Shown piece by piece: positions 10,797-20,135 of a stretch of DNA of 64,000 nt (the stretch's first letter is position 1; every line of letters begins with the position of its first letter). Both the position numbers and the translations under genes were made by a program. The notes under the pieces are model-generated. The model did not search any database, was not told where the DNA came from, and saw only the letters and a list, made by a program, of their open reading frames with translations. The DNA comes from Desulfatiglandales bacterium (GTDB lineage Bacteria > Desulfobacterota > DSM-4660 > Desulfatiglandales > Desulfatiglandaceae): the NCBI GenBank assembly GCA_963666345.1, contig OY762721.1, positions 2,688,001-2,752,000 on the forward strand, read 5' to 3'.

Positions 10797-10811
10797 GGGG
10801 TTTTCTCCTGT

Positions 10812-11791
10812 TTAAGATGTCCTTTCGACGGCAGTTTTCAGTATAGGTACAGGTCTGTTTATGCTCAAGGCCTTTTCGTTTAATTGCGAAGATGTAATCG
10901 TGAAATAATTTTTCCATTGATACCACTGTTCAGGATGCAGGTATATATAATGCTCCATAAGGCTGAGAACCTTTTCCCCCACTGACGACTGGGCAGGAAG
11001 GTTACCCGGAATTTTTATCCCGTCGTTGCATCGGTGAATTATCATCCTATAACTGTCAAGATTATATCTGTGCAATAAACCGAAAACTATTTCCGCTCCG
11101 GTTCTCCTGTGAATGATATTTATGGTTCTGTCAAGCCCGGTTATTTGACCCAGAAAGGAAATGTTCTTGTGGGGGGAAGGTCTCCACTCTTCTATTTCAT
11201 CGCATTCCGTAATAAGCACTCGATTTTCCTTTAATTCATTTAGAGCGGACTTAATGACGTTGCCGCAGTTTTCAGCATCAACTACCCTGATGCCGTATTT
11301 TTCAGCCTGCGAAAAGACTTTTTTTTTAACTGCGCAGTCTTGAATTTGGCGATAATGGAGACTGGGAAATGGTTTGTTGCGAGGAGCACCGGTATGAATT
11401 CAATGGCGCCGTAGTGTCCGGTAACCAGTATGACGCCCTTTTTTTCAACAAGTTTTTCTCTTATTATCTCCAGCTCATCGGTTATGACATGCCTTTTGAG
11501 AAACCCTGATGCGGCAGAAGGTTTTTCAAAGGCTATAAACATTTTTTCATAATAGTGAGAAAGTATGCCGTCAAAGACCTTTTTCTTGATATAAGAAAGA
11601 CTCCCCGTCCTCCCCTTTTTCTCCAATGCCTTTGAAACCGCGTCCTCAATGGATTTCTTCTCTTTCCTGTTGAAAAAGAAATGAAGTCTGCCTAGAAAGA
11701 ATACCAGATTCCGCGCCCTGTTCCAGCCCATAAAAAGGTATAGCTTGATGTTGCACTTCAGTTGAATTAGGGAACTAAGATTTAACCTCAT
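10812..11791 (-). pseudogene. Lysophospholipid/lipid A-type acyltransferase, split by a frameshift at an A9 run (status uncertain)
   Basis: VILVTGHYGAIE in ORF 11282-11806 and HPEQWYQW in ORF 10812-11219; a -1 shift at T9 11319-11327 joins them (KTAQLKKK|VFSQAEKYGIRVVDA). Confidence 0.8.
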
Positions 11792-11986
11792 GAAAATTAC
11801 CTCCAATTTTTATAGAATTTTAAAAAATAGAAAGATTTAAAATACAGGTTTCAATTAAAAAATATTATTTTAATAAAACTAAACGATATGATATTTGACT
11901 TAGAAGATTTAATTGTAAAAGTAGTTAAAAATAATTCTATTAAAATAAATATGCAATAAAAAAAATTACTCAGAAATATAAGAAAA

Positions 11987-12002
11987 TACAATATTCGTGC
12001 CA
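11987..12002 (-). promoter_or_regulatory. sigma54 promoter for the acyltransferase operon
   Basis: TGGCACGAATATTGTA; perfect -24 box, -12 box TTGT instead of TTGC. Confidence 0.6.
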
Positions 12003-12174
12003 TAAAAAGATGGTGATTTTCGGAACATAGGAGATGAAACGAGAGGATATCGCCTGGTATCGGTAGTAAGAGGTTATTCCGGGGGTCGGCGAAGTTTGAA
12101 TCCGGGATATTTGGAGGCGGAATCATGCCGTATTTTAAAATAGAAGTGGATTCGAGAAGGTTTTTAACCCGTAC

Positions 12175-12244
12175 ATGCACATTTTTATGTGCATTGATGC
12201 ACATTTTTATGTGCATTGATGCACATTTTTATGTGCATCAATGC
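12175..12244. repeat. Three tandem 22-bp palindromic units, probable enhancer (UAS) sites
   Basis: ATGCACATTTTTATGTGCATTG x3 (third ends CA); each unit contains ATGCACAT-N4-ATGTGCAT. Confidence 0.9.
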
Positions 12245-12323
12245 CTGTTATTTTAGCGGTCCGGAAAGTGAAAATGCTTGAAGGGCCTTTATTTCTATGG
12301 TGTTATATATTTTTTGGAATATA

Positions 12324-12339
12324 AGGCACCCTATTTGCA
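12324..12339 (+). promoter_or_regulatory. sigma54 promoter
   Basis: AGGCACCCTATTTGCA (GG-N10-GC). Confidence 0.6.
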
Positions 12340-12515
12340 GTTTCAGGTTCAGGATAACTGTAAATCGGATTTTGACCCTACGGGTCTATGGGTCCTCTTG
12401 TAAAGGCAAGTTGGAGAAGAACCGGAATAAGATGTAAAAATGATGGTAGCTTTTTTGTCATACTAATACCTGGAGCGGTTTGATTGCCGTAACATCTTGG
12501 AAATCAAAGAGAATC

Positions 12516-13865
12516 ATGAAAAATAAAAAAGCTGTAGTTCTTGTTGTTGACGATGAAAAAGGGGTGCGTCAGTCTTTTAAGATGGTCTTAAAGGATGATT
12601 ACACTGTTTTTCTGGCTGAAAGCGAAGAAGAGGCGATCGATCTCTTTAAAAAGAAATCGATTGATCTGGTCCTCCTTGATATCCGGTTGCAGGATGCCGA
12701 TGGGATAGAGTTGTTGCAGAAATTCAGGGAGCTGGATCCCAATGTCGAGATTATAATGGTTACCGCTGTTAAGGAGATACAGACCGCGGTAAGGGCGATC
12801 AAGCTGGGGGCCTATGAGTATGTAATAAAACCGTTCAATGTCGACGATGTGTTGACCATCATAAACCGGGCGCTTGAAAAACGGAGTCTTTTAAGACAAT
12901 TAAGCTATCTGAAAGGGGAACTCGAGCACTTCAAGCCGTTTGAAAAGATGGTGGGAAATGACGTAAAGATGAGAGAGGTCTTTGAACTTATATCGTCTGT
13001 GGCTGAAAGCAGCGGTTCGGTCCTTATTCAGGGTGAGAGCGGAACGGGAAAGGAACTGGTGGCCAGGGCCATTCATAATCTGAGCCCGAGAAGGGACCAG
13101 CCTTTTGTTGTTATCAACTGTGCCGCCATACCAGCGACTCTGATGGAGAGTCAACTCTTCGGCCATACCAAGGGCGCGTTCACGGGTGCGACCAGTACAA
13201 CAACCGGAAAGATGGAGATCGCAAACAGGGGAACGGCCTTCCTGGATGATGTCGATACCCTTGATACAGGCATGCAGGCAAAGCTTTTAAGGGTACTTCA
13301 GGAAAAGGAGATCGAGAGACTCGGCAGCACAAAACTCATAAAGGCGGACGTACGTTTCGTGGCCGCTTCCAACAAGGATCTCGAAAATTATATTGAAGAG
13401 GGGAAATTTCGTGAGGATTTTTATTACAGATTAAACGTGTTTCCGGTCAAGGTGCCGCCTCTAAGGGAACGTATATCCGATATACCCTTACTCATTGATC
13501 ATTTTCTCAAGACTAATGCAAGAAACGGTAAGATGGCTAAAAAGAAATTTTCAAAAGGTGCCATAAAGATATTGAAGCAGTATGAGTGGCCGGGAAATGT
13601 AAGAGAATTGCAAAACATGGTCGAAAGACTTTCAACGGTAACCAAGGGCCCTGTAATTCATTCCGCAGACCTTTCCGGATTGAGTATAACGAAAAAGGAG
13701 CCTGAGAAAAAAAATCTGAAAAATGCCGTCTACGATTTTGAAAAACAGTATATTATCGCGGCCCTTGAGCAGGCGGATGGAAGCAAGAAAAAGGCCGCTG
13801 AACTGCTTGGAATTCATAGAAATACACTCCTAATAAAGATGACTCAGTACGATCTCCAAACCTGA
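12516..13865 (+). CDS. sigma54-dependent response regulator (REC-AAA+-HTH, NtrC/AtoC family)
   Basis: VLVVDDE, DIRL, GESGTGKE, GAFTGA, WPGNVREL and Fis-type HTH; Walker B reads FLDD. Confidence 0.93.
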   Translation: MKNKKAVVLVVDDEKGVRQSFKMVLKDDYTVFLAESEEEAIDLFKKKSIDLVLLDIRLQDADGIELLQKFRELDPNVEIIMVTAVKEIQTAVRAIKLGAYEYVIKPFNVDDVLTIINRALEKRSLLRQLSYLKGELEHFKPFEKMVGNDVKMREVFELISSVAESSGSVLIQGESGTGKELVARAIHNLSPRRDQPFVVINCAAIPATLMESQLFGHTKGAFTGATSTTTGKMEIANRGTAFLDDVDTLDTGMQAKLLRVLQEKEIERLGSTKLIKADVRFVAASNKDLENYIEEGKFREDFYYRLNVFPVKVPPLRERISDIPLLIDHFLKTNARNGKMAKKKFSKGAIKILKQYEWPGNVRELQNMVERLSTVTKGPVIHSADLSGLSITKKEPEKKNLKNAVYDFEKQYIIAALEQADGSKKKAAELLGIHRNTLLIKMTQYDLQT

Positions 13866-14001
13866 TCGGTTTCCATCCTGAAACCGTGGAATTCCGGATG
13901 GAGGAGCACCCGGCAAGGGATGTGTTGAACCTTTCCGCCGGAAGACGGGAAAATAATCGATCCGGGCTCAACCTTCCGCCGATTTTCTCCGCGCAAACCA
14001 G

Positions 14002-14029
14002 AATAATGCACATAAAACTGTGCATTATT
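14002..14029. promoter_or_regulatory. Single palindromic site matching the 12175 repeat unit
   Basis: AATAATGCACATAAAACTGTGCATTATT. Confidence 0.7.
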
Positions 14030-14229
14030 TTTATCCCCTGTATGTAGGCGGTAAATCTTCATTCTAGGTCTTAAGTAGATATATTTCTGCCTTTTCTTTT
14101 GTACGCATAAAGGCTCTCATCGTAACTTCCTGATAATACCTTATTTTTTTATGCTGATTTTTGAAGGAGCCTCAAAAAATACCGGGAATTTACAGAGGTA
14201 ATCCAGGTAGTTTTTATTCTTTCGTGCTA

Positions 14230-14245
14230 TGGCATGCCAATTGCA
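14230..14245 (+). promoter_or_regulatory. sigma54 promoter
   Basis: TGGCATGCCAATTGCA. Confidence 0.7.
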
Positions 14246-14371
14246 TTACGTATTTATGCTGTGCTGAAAATAAAAGCCGAATTACCTGCAGGCCTGAATT
14301 GCCTGGACCTGTGCGGCCGGTGTAAATCCCAGAAGCGCTTTAGCCCTGAAAACCAGCAGAAAAGGAAGACT

Positions 14372-15646
14372 ATGGAAAAGGATATTGTCAAAAACCTGGA
14401 ACGAGAAAACAGCAGTCTGAGGAAAGAAATCCGGGAGCTCAGAATCGAAAGGAAAAATAATAGGACACTTGAGGAACAACTGAAGCACGCCCAGAAAATG
14501 GAAGCGGTTGCCAATATCGCGGGTGGAATTGCGCATGATTTCAATAATATCCTGCAGTCGATTATGGGACACACCCAGATTGCGCTTATACAGCCGGATC
14601 TGGATAAGGGGATCAAGAAGACCCTCTTTCAGATTGAGGAGATCATAAAAAAAGGCAGCAGCCTGACCGGGCAGTTGCTTACCTTTGGAAGAAAAGGAAA
14701 TACCAAAAAAAGACCACTTGATCTGAACAAAAAGATCAGGGAGATAAAAAAACTGCTCGGAAGGACTATCCCCAAAATGATAGACGTGGACCTGCTCCTT
14801 TCGGACGATCTGGGAATGATCAATGCCGATGAAGGCCAGATAGATCAGGTATTAATGAATCTCAGCCTTAATGCCAAGGATGCCATGCCGGAAGGGGGGG
14901 AACTTATTTTCAGGACGGAAAACGTCAATCTCAGTGAGGACGGCGTGCTTGCCTATCTGAATGGGAAGCCGGGTGAGCATGTCCTTTTGAGCATCTCGGA
15001 CAACGGGTGCGGTATGGCCCAGGATGTCCTGAATCATATCTTTGAACCCTTTTTCACTACCAAGGAAGGCAGCAAGGGCACCGGACTCGGCCTTTCAATG
15101 GTTTATGCCATAGTGAAAAGCCATGACGGTTTTGTTTACTGCTCAAGTAAGGAGGGGGAAGGTTCCACTTTCAAGCTTTACTTTCCTTTGTTAAGAGAAA
15201 ACGGAATCAGGTTGGACCTGGATGGTGAAAAGGGGAAAAGATGCGTTTCCGGGGGCTCGGAGACGATTATGATGGTGGATGACGAAGCCGATATACTGAA
15301 AGTGTGGAAAGAAATCCTTGAAGATTACGGATACAGGGTCCTGACCGCACTGTCCGGAGAAGAAGCGATAGATAAATTCACAAGAAATAATGTGGAGGTT
15401 ACGGTTCTTGATATCGGCATGCCCGGTATGGGAGGAATGAGGTGCCTGAAAGAACTAATCTCTTATAAAAAGGATACAAAGGTTATCATCAGCAGCGGCT
15501 ATCGTATCGGTGGAAATGAGAAAACCGGTCTGATGGATGATGTGAATGCATTCCTCTTAAAACCCTATACGGTTGAAGATTTTCTTTCCACAATAAGAGG
15601 TGTGCTGGAAACGGAGGCGTATTTCGAGGTATCAGCCAACCGGTGA
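14372..15646 (+). CDS. Hybrid histidine kinase/response regulator with no sensor domain
   Basis: Short coiled coil, AGGIAHDFNNIL, HATPase boxes and C-terminal REC; ATG 14372 follows AAGGA. Confidence 0.88.
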   Translation: MEKDIVKNLERENSSLRKEIRELRIERKNNRTLEEQLKHAQKMEAVANIAGGIAHDFNNILQSIMGHTQIALIQPDLDKGIKKTLFQIEEIIKKGSSLTGQLLTFGRKGNTKKRPLDLNKKIREIKKLLGRTIPKMIDVDLLLSDDLGMINADEGQIDQVLMNLSLNAKDAMPEGGELIFRTENVNLSEDGVLAYLNGKPGEHVLLSISDNGCGMAQDVLNHIFEPFFTTKEGSKGTGLGLSMVYAIVKSHDGFVYCSSKEGEGSTFKLYFPLLRENGIRLDLDGEKGKRCVSGGSETIMMVDDEADILKVWKEILEDYGYRVLTALSGEEAIDKFTRNNVEVTVLDIGMPGMGGMRCLKELISYKKDTKVIISSGYRIGGNEKTGLMDDVNAFLLKPYTVEDFLSTIRGVLETEAYFEVSANR

Positions 15647-15661
15647 GCCGTGCGGCGGACC

Positions 15662-16273
15662 TTATCCCAAAGCTTTCCTGTAACCCTCGGCAAGGAGGAC
15701 ATTTACACGCACCACGCCCCGGTTTATGTCCTTGAGAGGATAGTCATCGGAGATCTGCGGCATGCCGTCCGCTTTTCCCTGTTCTTTCAATATAGTCCCT
15801 GCCGGGACATATCTGCCTGCCGGGACCGATACCCCCATTATATGGCATCCCGGTTCAATTACAGCCCCGCGTCCGACCAGGCTCCTGAATATAAATGATT
15901 TCATCCCGATAAAGGTCCCGTCCCCTATAAGGCTTGGACCGTGTATCTGGGCCTGGTGGGCCAGCGATACCCTGGAGCCGATAAATACGGAATATTTCCC
16001 GCCGTCCGCTTCGACCATGTTTTCGTCGATTGCCAAGCCGTCATGTTCGGTTTCAAGGCCGTGAATTACAACCCCTTCCTGGACGTTTGAATCGTCTCCC
16101 ACAAATATGGGCTGGCCTTCATCACCCCGTATGGAGGCAAAAGGCGCAACCATTACCCTCTTTCCGATCGAGATATTGCCGATTGCCGCCGCAAGAGGGT
16201 GGATGAATGCGGAAGGATCAATAACCGGTGTATGGACACCGGAAAAGTCGGTCTTTACGTTGTCATGTATCAT
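15662..16273 (-). CDS. gamma-class carbonic anhydrase (Cam/CcmM N-domain-like)
   Basis: ASIRGDEG, SNVQEGVVIH and SLAHQAQIHGP; hexapeptide repeats. Confidence 0.9.
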   Translation of the reverse strand: MIHDNVKTDFSGVHTPVIDPSAFIHPLAAAIGNISIGKRVMVAPFASIRGDEGQPIFVGDDSNVQEGVVIHGLETEHDGLAIDENMVEADGGKYSVFIGSRVSLAHQAQIHGPSLIGDGTFIGMKSFIFRSLVGRGAVIEPGCHIMGVSVPAGRYVPAGTILKEQGKADGMPQISDDYPLKDINRGVVRVNVLLAEGYRKALG

Positions 16274-16354
16274 ATCCCGCCTTTTGAGATTCAAGGAAAC
16301 ATTAGGTATGGAAAATCCCCTCGATATCCGATTACGGCCGATATCTTAAAGGCA

Positions 16355-17833
16355 CTACCCGGTTGTAGTTACCGGCATCCCCATTATAGGCCAGAGTACC
16401 CATATGGCAAAGGCCACCACAATCATGAGGATGATGCTTGCGGGAATGCCGTATAGAAAAAACTCCCCCGTGGTGAACTGTTTTGAGTCGTATGCAATCG
16501 CGTTCGGTGCCGCGCCCACAAGAAGAAGAAAGGGCATACCGGCAGTTACCAGGGCGGCAAACAGTATCACATCAGGCGCCACGCTTAGATACGGTGCAAT
16601 TACCAGGGCAACCGGGAGCGATATGGCGATCGCAGCCACATTCATTATGAAGTTGGTCATAATCATTACAAAAAAGGCGATGCTCATGACGAAAACGAAC
16701 CAGCCGGATTTCTGGAACATGGCGAGCCAGTGAACGGCCAGCCATTTTGCGGCGCCTGTTTCCCAGAGGCAGAAACCTATGCTCATGGCCCCTCCGAAAA
16801 GCAGAATAATATTCCAGGGTATTTCCTCAAGATCGTTAAGCGTCAGTATCCCCAGTACGAAAAAGAGGACCGTGGAGATAAGTATGATCGCACTTTTATC
16901 GATCGGCTTCAAGGCGGGCACAAAGGAACGAAGAGACATTACGAGGATACACCCGAAAACGATGGCCGCGGCCATTATCTCCTTCCTGGTTATAGGGCCC
17001 AGTTCGGAGTTGAGCTGTTTGGCCTTTTCTCTGAGCCCAGGAATCCTGTCTTTTTCCGGTTTGAAAAAGATCATGAAGAATCCCCAGAGCAGAAAGGTCA
17101 TGAGCCATCCTATCGGGAACATGTAATAGGTCAATTCAAAGAAACTGATATTTCTTCCGACTATGTCATCGAAAAAGCCTATGGCAACCGCACCACGGGC
17201 GGCCCCCAAGAGGGTGACTATGCTTCCTGCGCCCGCGACATAGGCCATGCCCATGAACAGGCCCTTGCCGAATTTGGTCTGTTTGTCTCCCTCTCCATAC
17301 AGGCTGTAGATTGCCAGCAGGAGCGGATAGATCGTCGCGGCCACCGCGGTGTGCGCCATTATATGGGCGAGCGCGGCCGTAACGAAAAAACAGCCCAGAT
17401 ATATCATGCTTGTCTTTTCCCCGACTATGATAAGCATCTTGTATGCAAGTCTTTTGGTCAGTCCGGTTTTTGTGAAGACGAGTCCGATTACGATGGAGGC
17501 GAAGATGAACATTACCGAGGGGACCATGAAATCGGTAAAGGCTGCCCTGGCGGGGCGTATGAGGAACAGGGCCTGCAGAACCCCTATGGTGATGCTGGTA
17601 ACACCGATGGGGACCACTTCGAAGACCCACCATGTCCCTGCGAGCAGGAATACGGCCAGAGCCCCTTTCGCCTGTTTGGACAGGGCAAAATGCTTTCCCG
17701 CCGGATCAATGGCGTCCGGCCAGGGAGGGGCGTAGTAGACGATTACAAAAAGCAGGACACCTGCCAGTATGGCGATTATCCTTCCCCATTCTATCTTTCC
17801 GCCTGCATTCGGATAGCTGAAAGCACTATTCAT
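16355..17833 (-). CDS. SLC13/DASS family anion transporter
   Basis: Multiple TM helices; AHTAVAA, LLGAARGAVA, PWNIILLFGG and GAAPNAIAY motifs. Confidence 0.88.
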   Translation of the reverse strand: MNSAFSYPNAGGKIEWGRIIAILAGVLLFVIVYYAPPWPDAIDPAGKHFALSKQAKGALAVFLLAGTWWVFEVVPIGVTSITIGVLQALFLIRPARAAFTDFMVPSVMFIFASIVIGLVFTKTGLTKRLAYKMLIIVGEKTSMIYLGCFFVTAALAHIMAHTAVAATIYPLLLAIYSLYGEGDKQTKFGKGLFMGMAYVAGAGSIVTLLGAARGAVAIGFFDDIVGRNISFFELTYYMFPIGWLMTFLLWGFFMIFFKPEKDRIPGLREKAKQLNSELGPITRKEIMAAAIVFGCILVMSLRSFVPALKPIDKSAIILISTVLFFVLGILTLNDLEEIPWNIILLFGGAMSIGFCLWETGAAKWLAVHWLAMFQKSGWFVFVMSIAFFVMIMTNFIMNVAAIAISLPVALVIAPYLSVAPDVILFAALVTAGMPFLLLVGAAPNAIAYDSKQFTTGEFFLYGIPASIILMIVVAFAIWVLWPIMGMPVTTTG

Positions 17834-17911
17834 AAATAACCTCCTCAGTAAGTCTTATCGAAAATCAGATATCGGCACGTGCGAGGTTCTCTTTTATGAT
17901 ACTGTGAAAAG

Positions 17912-18466
17912 TTACAGATTGCATTCCTTCATCCTCTGGCATATATGCTTGAAAACGTCCGTAAGCCTGAGAATCCCAACTATTTGATTTTTTCCGGTAA
18001 CCAGGAGCGATTGGTGATGCCCCATGATAAGCTGGTGAATGGCAAGGTCCAGAGACGCGCCTTGGTCTATGTACTCCCCTTCCGTGGGAAGGGTCATGAA
18101 GCTTTTCACCTTCATCTCGGATGCCTTTTTGCATATATCATCAAGAGGTTTGTCAAAAAGCTTGAACTGCTCAAGCATTGAGGCGAGGAATTTGGGGCTG
18201 AAACCGAAACGGGAGACAGGTATCCTCTCTCCCATATCCCCATATTTCGGCTCAAGGCCCTGCAGCACATCATGCTGGCTTATCTTTCCGACTACCTTCC
18301 CCTTTTTGTCAAATACAAGTATGGCCCTGTGCCTGTATCTTGTTTCATCGAACTCATCCTGGGCCTTTTCAAGCGCAACCACAGCTTCATAAAGGGTCGC
18401 GTCTTCCGATACGGTCGCATATTCAGACAAGGGAACCATCAATTCGGATACGATAAATGATTTCAT
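17912..18466 (-). CDS. CBS domain protein
   Basis: VSELMVPL...VVGKISQHDVL...IVGILRLTDVF. Confidence 0.85.
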   Translation of the reverse strand: MKSFIVSELMVPLSEYATVSEDATLYEAVVALEKAQDEFDETRYRHRAILVFDKKGKVVGKISQHDVLQGLEPKYGDMGERIPVSRFGFSPKFLASMLEQFKLFDKPLDDICKKASEMKVKSFMTLPTEGEYIDQGASLDLAIHQLIMGHHQSLLVTGKNQIVGILRLTDVFKHICQRMKECNL

Positions 18467-18828
18467 TTCAGCCTCCCCTTTAGATTCTCATGGATATCAC
18501 GGGTAATGTATTTGAATAAATACCGGCCTGCGGGAGCGGGCGCGGAGTGCAGCAATTTCAGGTGGCCTATGCCGGATTTGCGTTATCAGCGCGCAGGCGC
18601 TTATGCCGCGATAAGACAGAACAATTTCCCCGACCAGGAGTTCAGGACCTGGGTTTCCATAATAGAACAGAGGAACCGGAAAGGGACCGCTTTGCCTTTT
18701 CCGCTTCATATGGATGTCTATTGAATCAAAACGATCTGCCTGGTAAGACTCGATTTTACAGTCCTTTTACCTTTTGATTCAATTCAAGGCAAGTCCTTTT
18801 GTTTATATTCAATGAGAAATTAATCGGT

Positions 18829-19431
18829 TCAGCCGTTTAAAAGCCTGATAAGTGCTGAATCCTTAAGGTAATCGATAATGTTGAGACACCCGTAATCCTG
18901 GTGAATAGTGAATATTTTTTCAAGTTCAAGGCCGAGCGCGTTGCAGATGATAACTCTGTTTACGCCGGCATGCGCCACTATAACAAAATTACCTTCCGAC
19001 TGATCATGCCTTAGATCCTCGAAACAGCCGATCACCCGTCTTGAGAAGCTTCCGAGCGATTCTCCGCCCCCGGGATTTGAATAATTGACAAGGTCCGCCT
19101 GCCTTTTTTCAAGCTCTTCCGGAAATGCGCGCCTTAACTCAGCCAGGGTCGTGCCCTCCCAGTCACCGAAATTCATCTCCCTTAACCGGGGCAGGAGCCT
19201 GACCGGCACGTCATGGTAGCGGCCGATCTGATAGGCCATGGAGGATGCACGGTCCAGGTCGCTTGAGTAGATCGCGCCTATGTCCGCAAACCTGAGGCGT
19301 TCGGCCAGATGCCGTGCCTGAAGCATCCCTATTTCAGTCGTGGGAACGTCGGTGTGTCCGTAAATGGGCATGGTCTCATAGCCTTTAACCTGTCCATGCC
19401 TTGCGAGATAGATCCTGCTTGGAGATTCCAT
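18829..19431 (-). CDS. Histidine phosphatase (CobC/phosphoglycerate mutase family)
   Basis: LARHGQ, YSSDLDRA, LREMNFGDWEG, GES and VAHAGVNR motifs. Confidence 0.9.
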   Translation of the reverse strand: MESPSRIYLARHGQVKGYETMPIYGHTDVPTTEIGMLQARHLAERLRFADIGAIYSSDLDRASSMAYQIGRYHDVPVRLLPRLREMNFGDWEGTTLAELRRAFPEELEKRQADLVNYSNPGGGESLGSFSRRVIGCFEDLRHDQSEGNFVIVAHAGVNRVIICNALGLELEKIFTIHQDYGCLNIIDYLKDSALIRLLNG

Positions 19432-19870
19432 AGCATGAGATGATAGATAGTCGTAATTTTTATGTCAACGAATTTGGGTTTGGAAACAGGCTAGCGCAAT
19501 GGACTTGAAAGATGCCCCGGCATCCGCAGTGTATTCGTATGTAAGACGCCGGAAAGCCGGACGTATGACCTGTATATCGTGCGTTACCTCTTTATGGTGC
19601 AGGGCTTATCGGTTTTACAAAACATACCATCTGTGATAAGCGTTACATTAACGGCTTCGTAAAAAGGGAGGCCCCCATGGTGCGGGAGAAAATTTTATTG
19701 TGCCGTAAGGAATTTTTATTTTTTAAGAATAGATCATTGATCAAGTTTAAACCAGATAACCCCCTCAGCCTTTTGGAGCCTTCGCTCCACCCCTTGCCTC
19801 TTCTCCCGGTCTGCGGGAGGATCGAAGCGGGAGGGATACGCTGCGGCCGGGAGAGAAATACGCGCCTGAC

Positions 19871-20134
19871 ATGGAAGAAAAACGCAAGGAATGTTTCGGG
19901 GTCCTTGACAAGGTATTCCCGATCGGACAGGGAGATCTGAGAGAGGTCCCTGAATCCTGTTTCGCATGCCCCGTCAGAAAGGCATGCCTCCAGGCAGCCC
20001 TTAAGACGGGTGAGGGCCTGAAACTGAGGGAAGAACTAGTGGATCGTTCAGCCGCCGGGGGGATCCTGGGGGGCCTGATGAGGTGGTCTCAGAAAAAGAC
20101 CCTCAACAGGCTGATGAAAGAGAGAAAGTCGTGA
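19871..20134 (+). CDS. Small Cys-containing hypothetical protein
   Basis: ECFG...CFACPVRKAC; abuts the next gene. Confidence 0.65.
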   Translation: MEEKRKECFGVLDKVFPIGQGDLREVPESCFACPVRKACLQAALKTGEGLKLREELVDRSAAGGILGGLMRWSQKKTLNRLMKERKS

Positions 20135-20135
20135 G

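Noticed and set aside
12175..12244. 22-bp repeats as a mini CRISPR array
   Set aside because: The units are contiguous with no spacers and there are no cas genes; they fit operator palindromes better.
12345..12405. c-di-GMP-I riboswitch in the regulator leader
   Set aside because: Lacks the GGCAAAC...GAAA...GACGCAAA core.
14234..14371. Cys-containing N-terminal extension of the hybrid kinase
   Set aside because: The upstream ATG lies inside the sigma54 promoter; ATG 14372 has an RBS.
16730..17839. 369-aa plus-strand ORF (similarly 1815-2717, 20048-20926, 55092-55793, 57325-58068, 58871-59620)
   Set aside because: Antisense shadows of well-supported genes, with no recognisable motifs.
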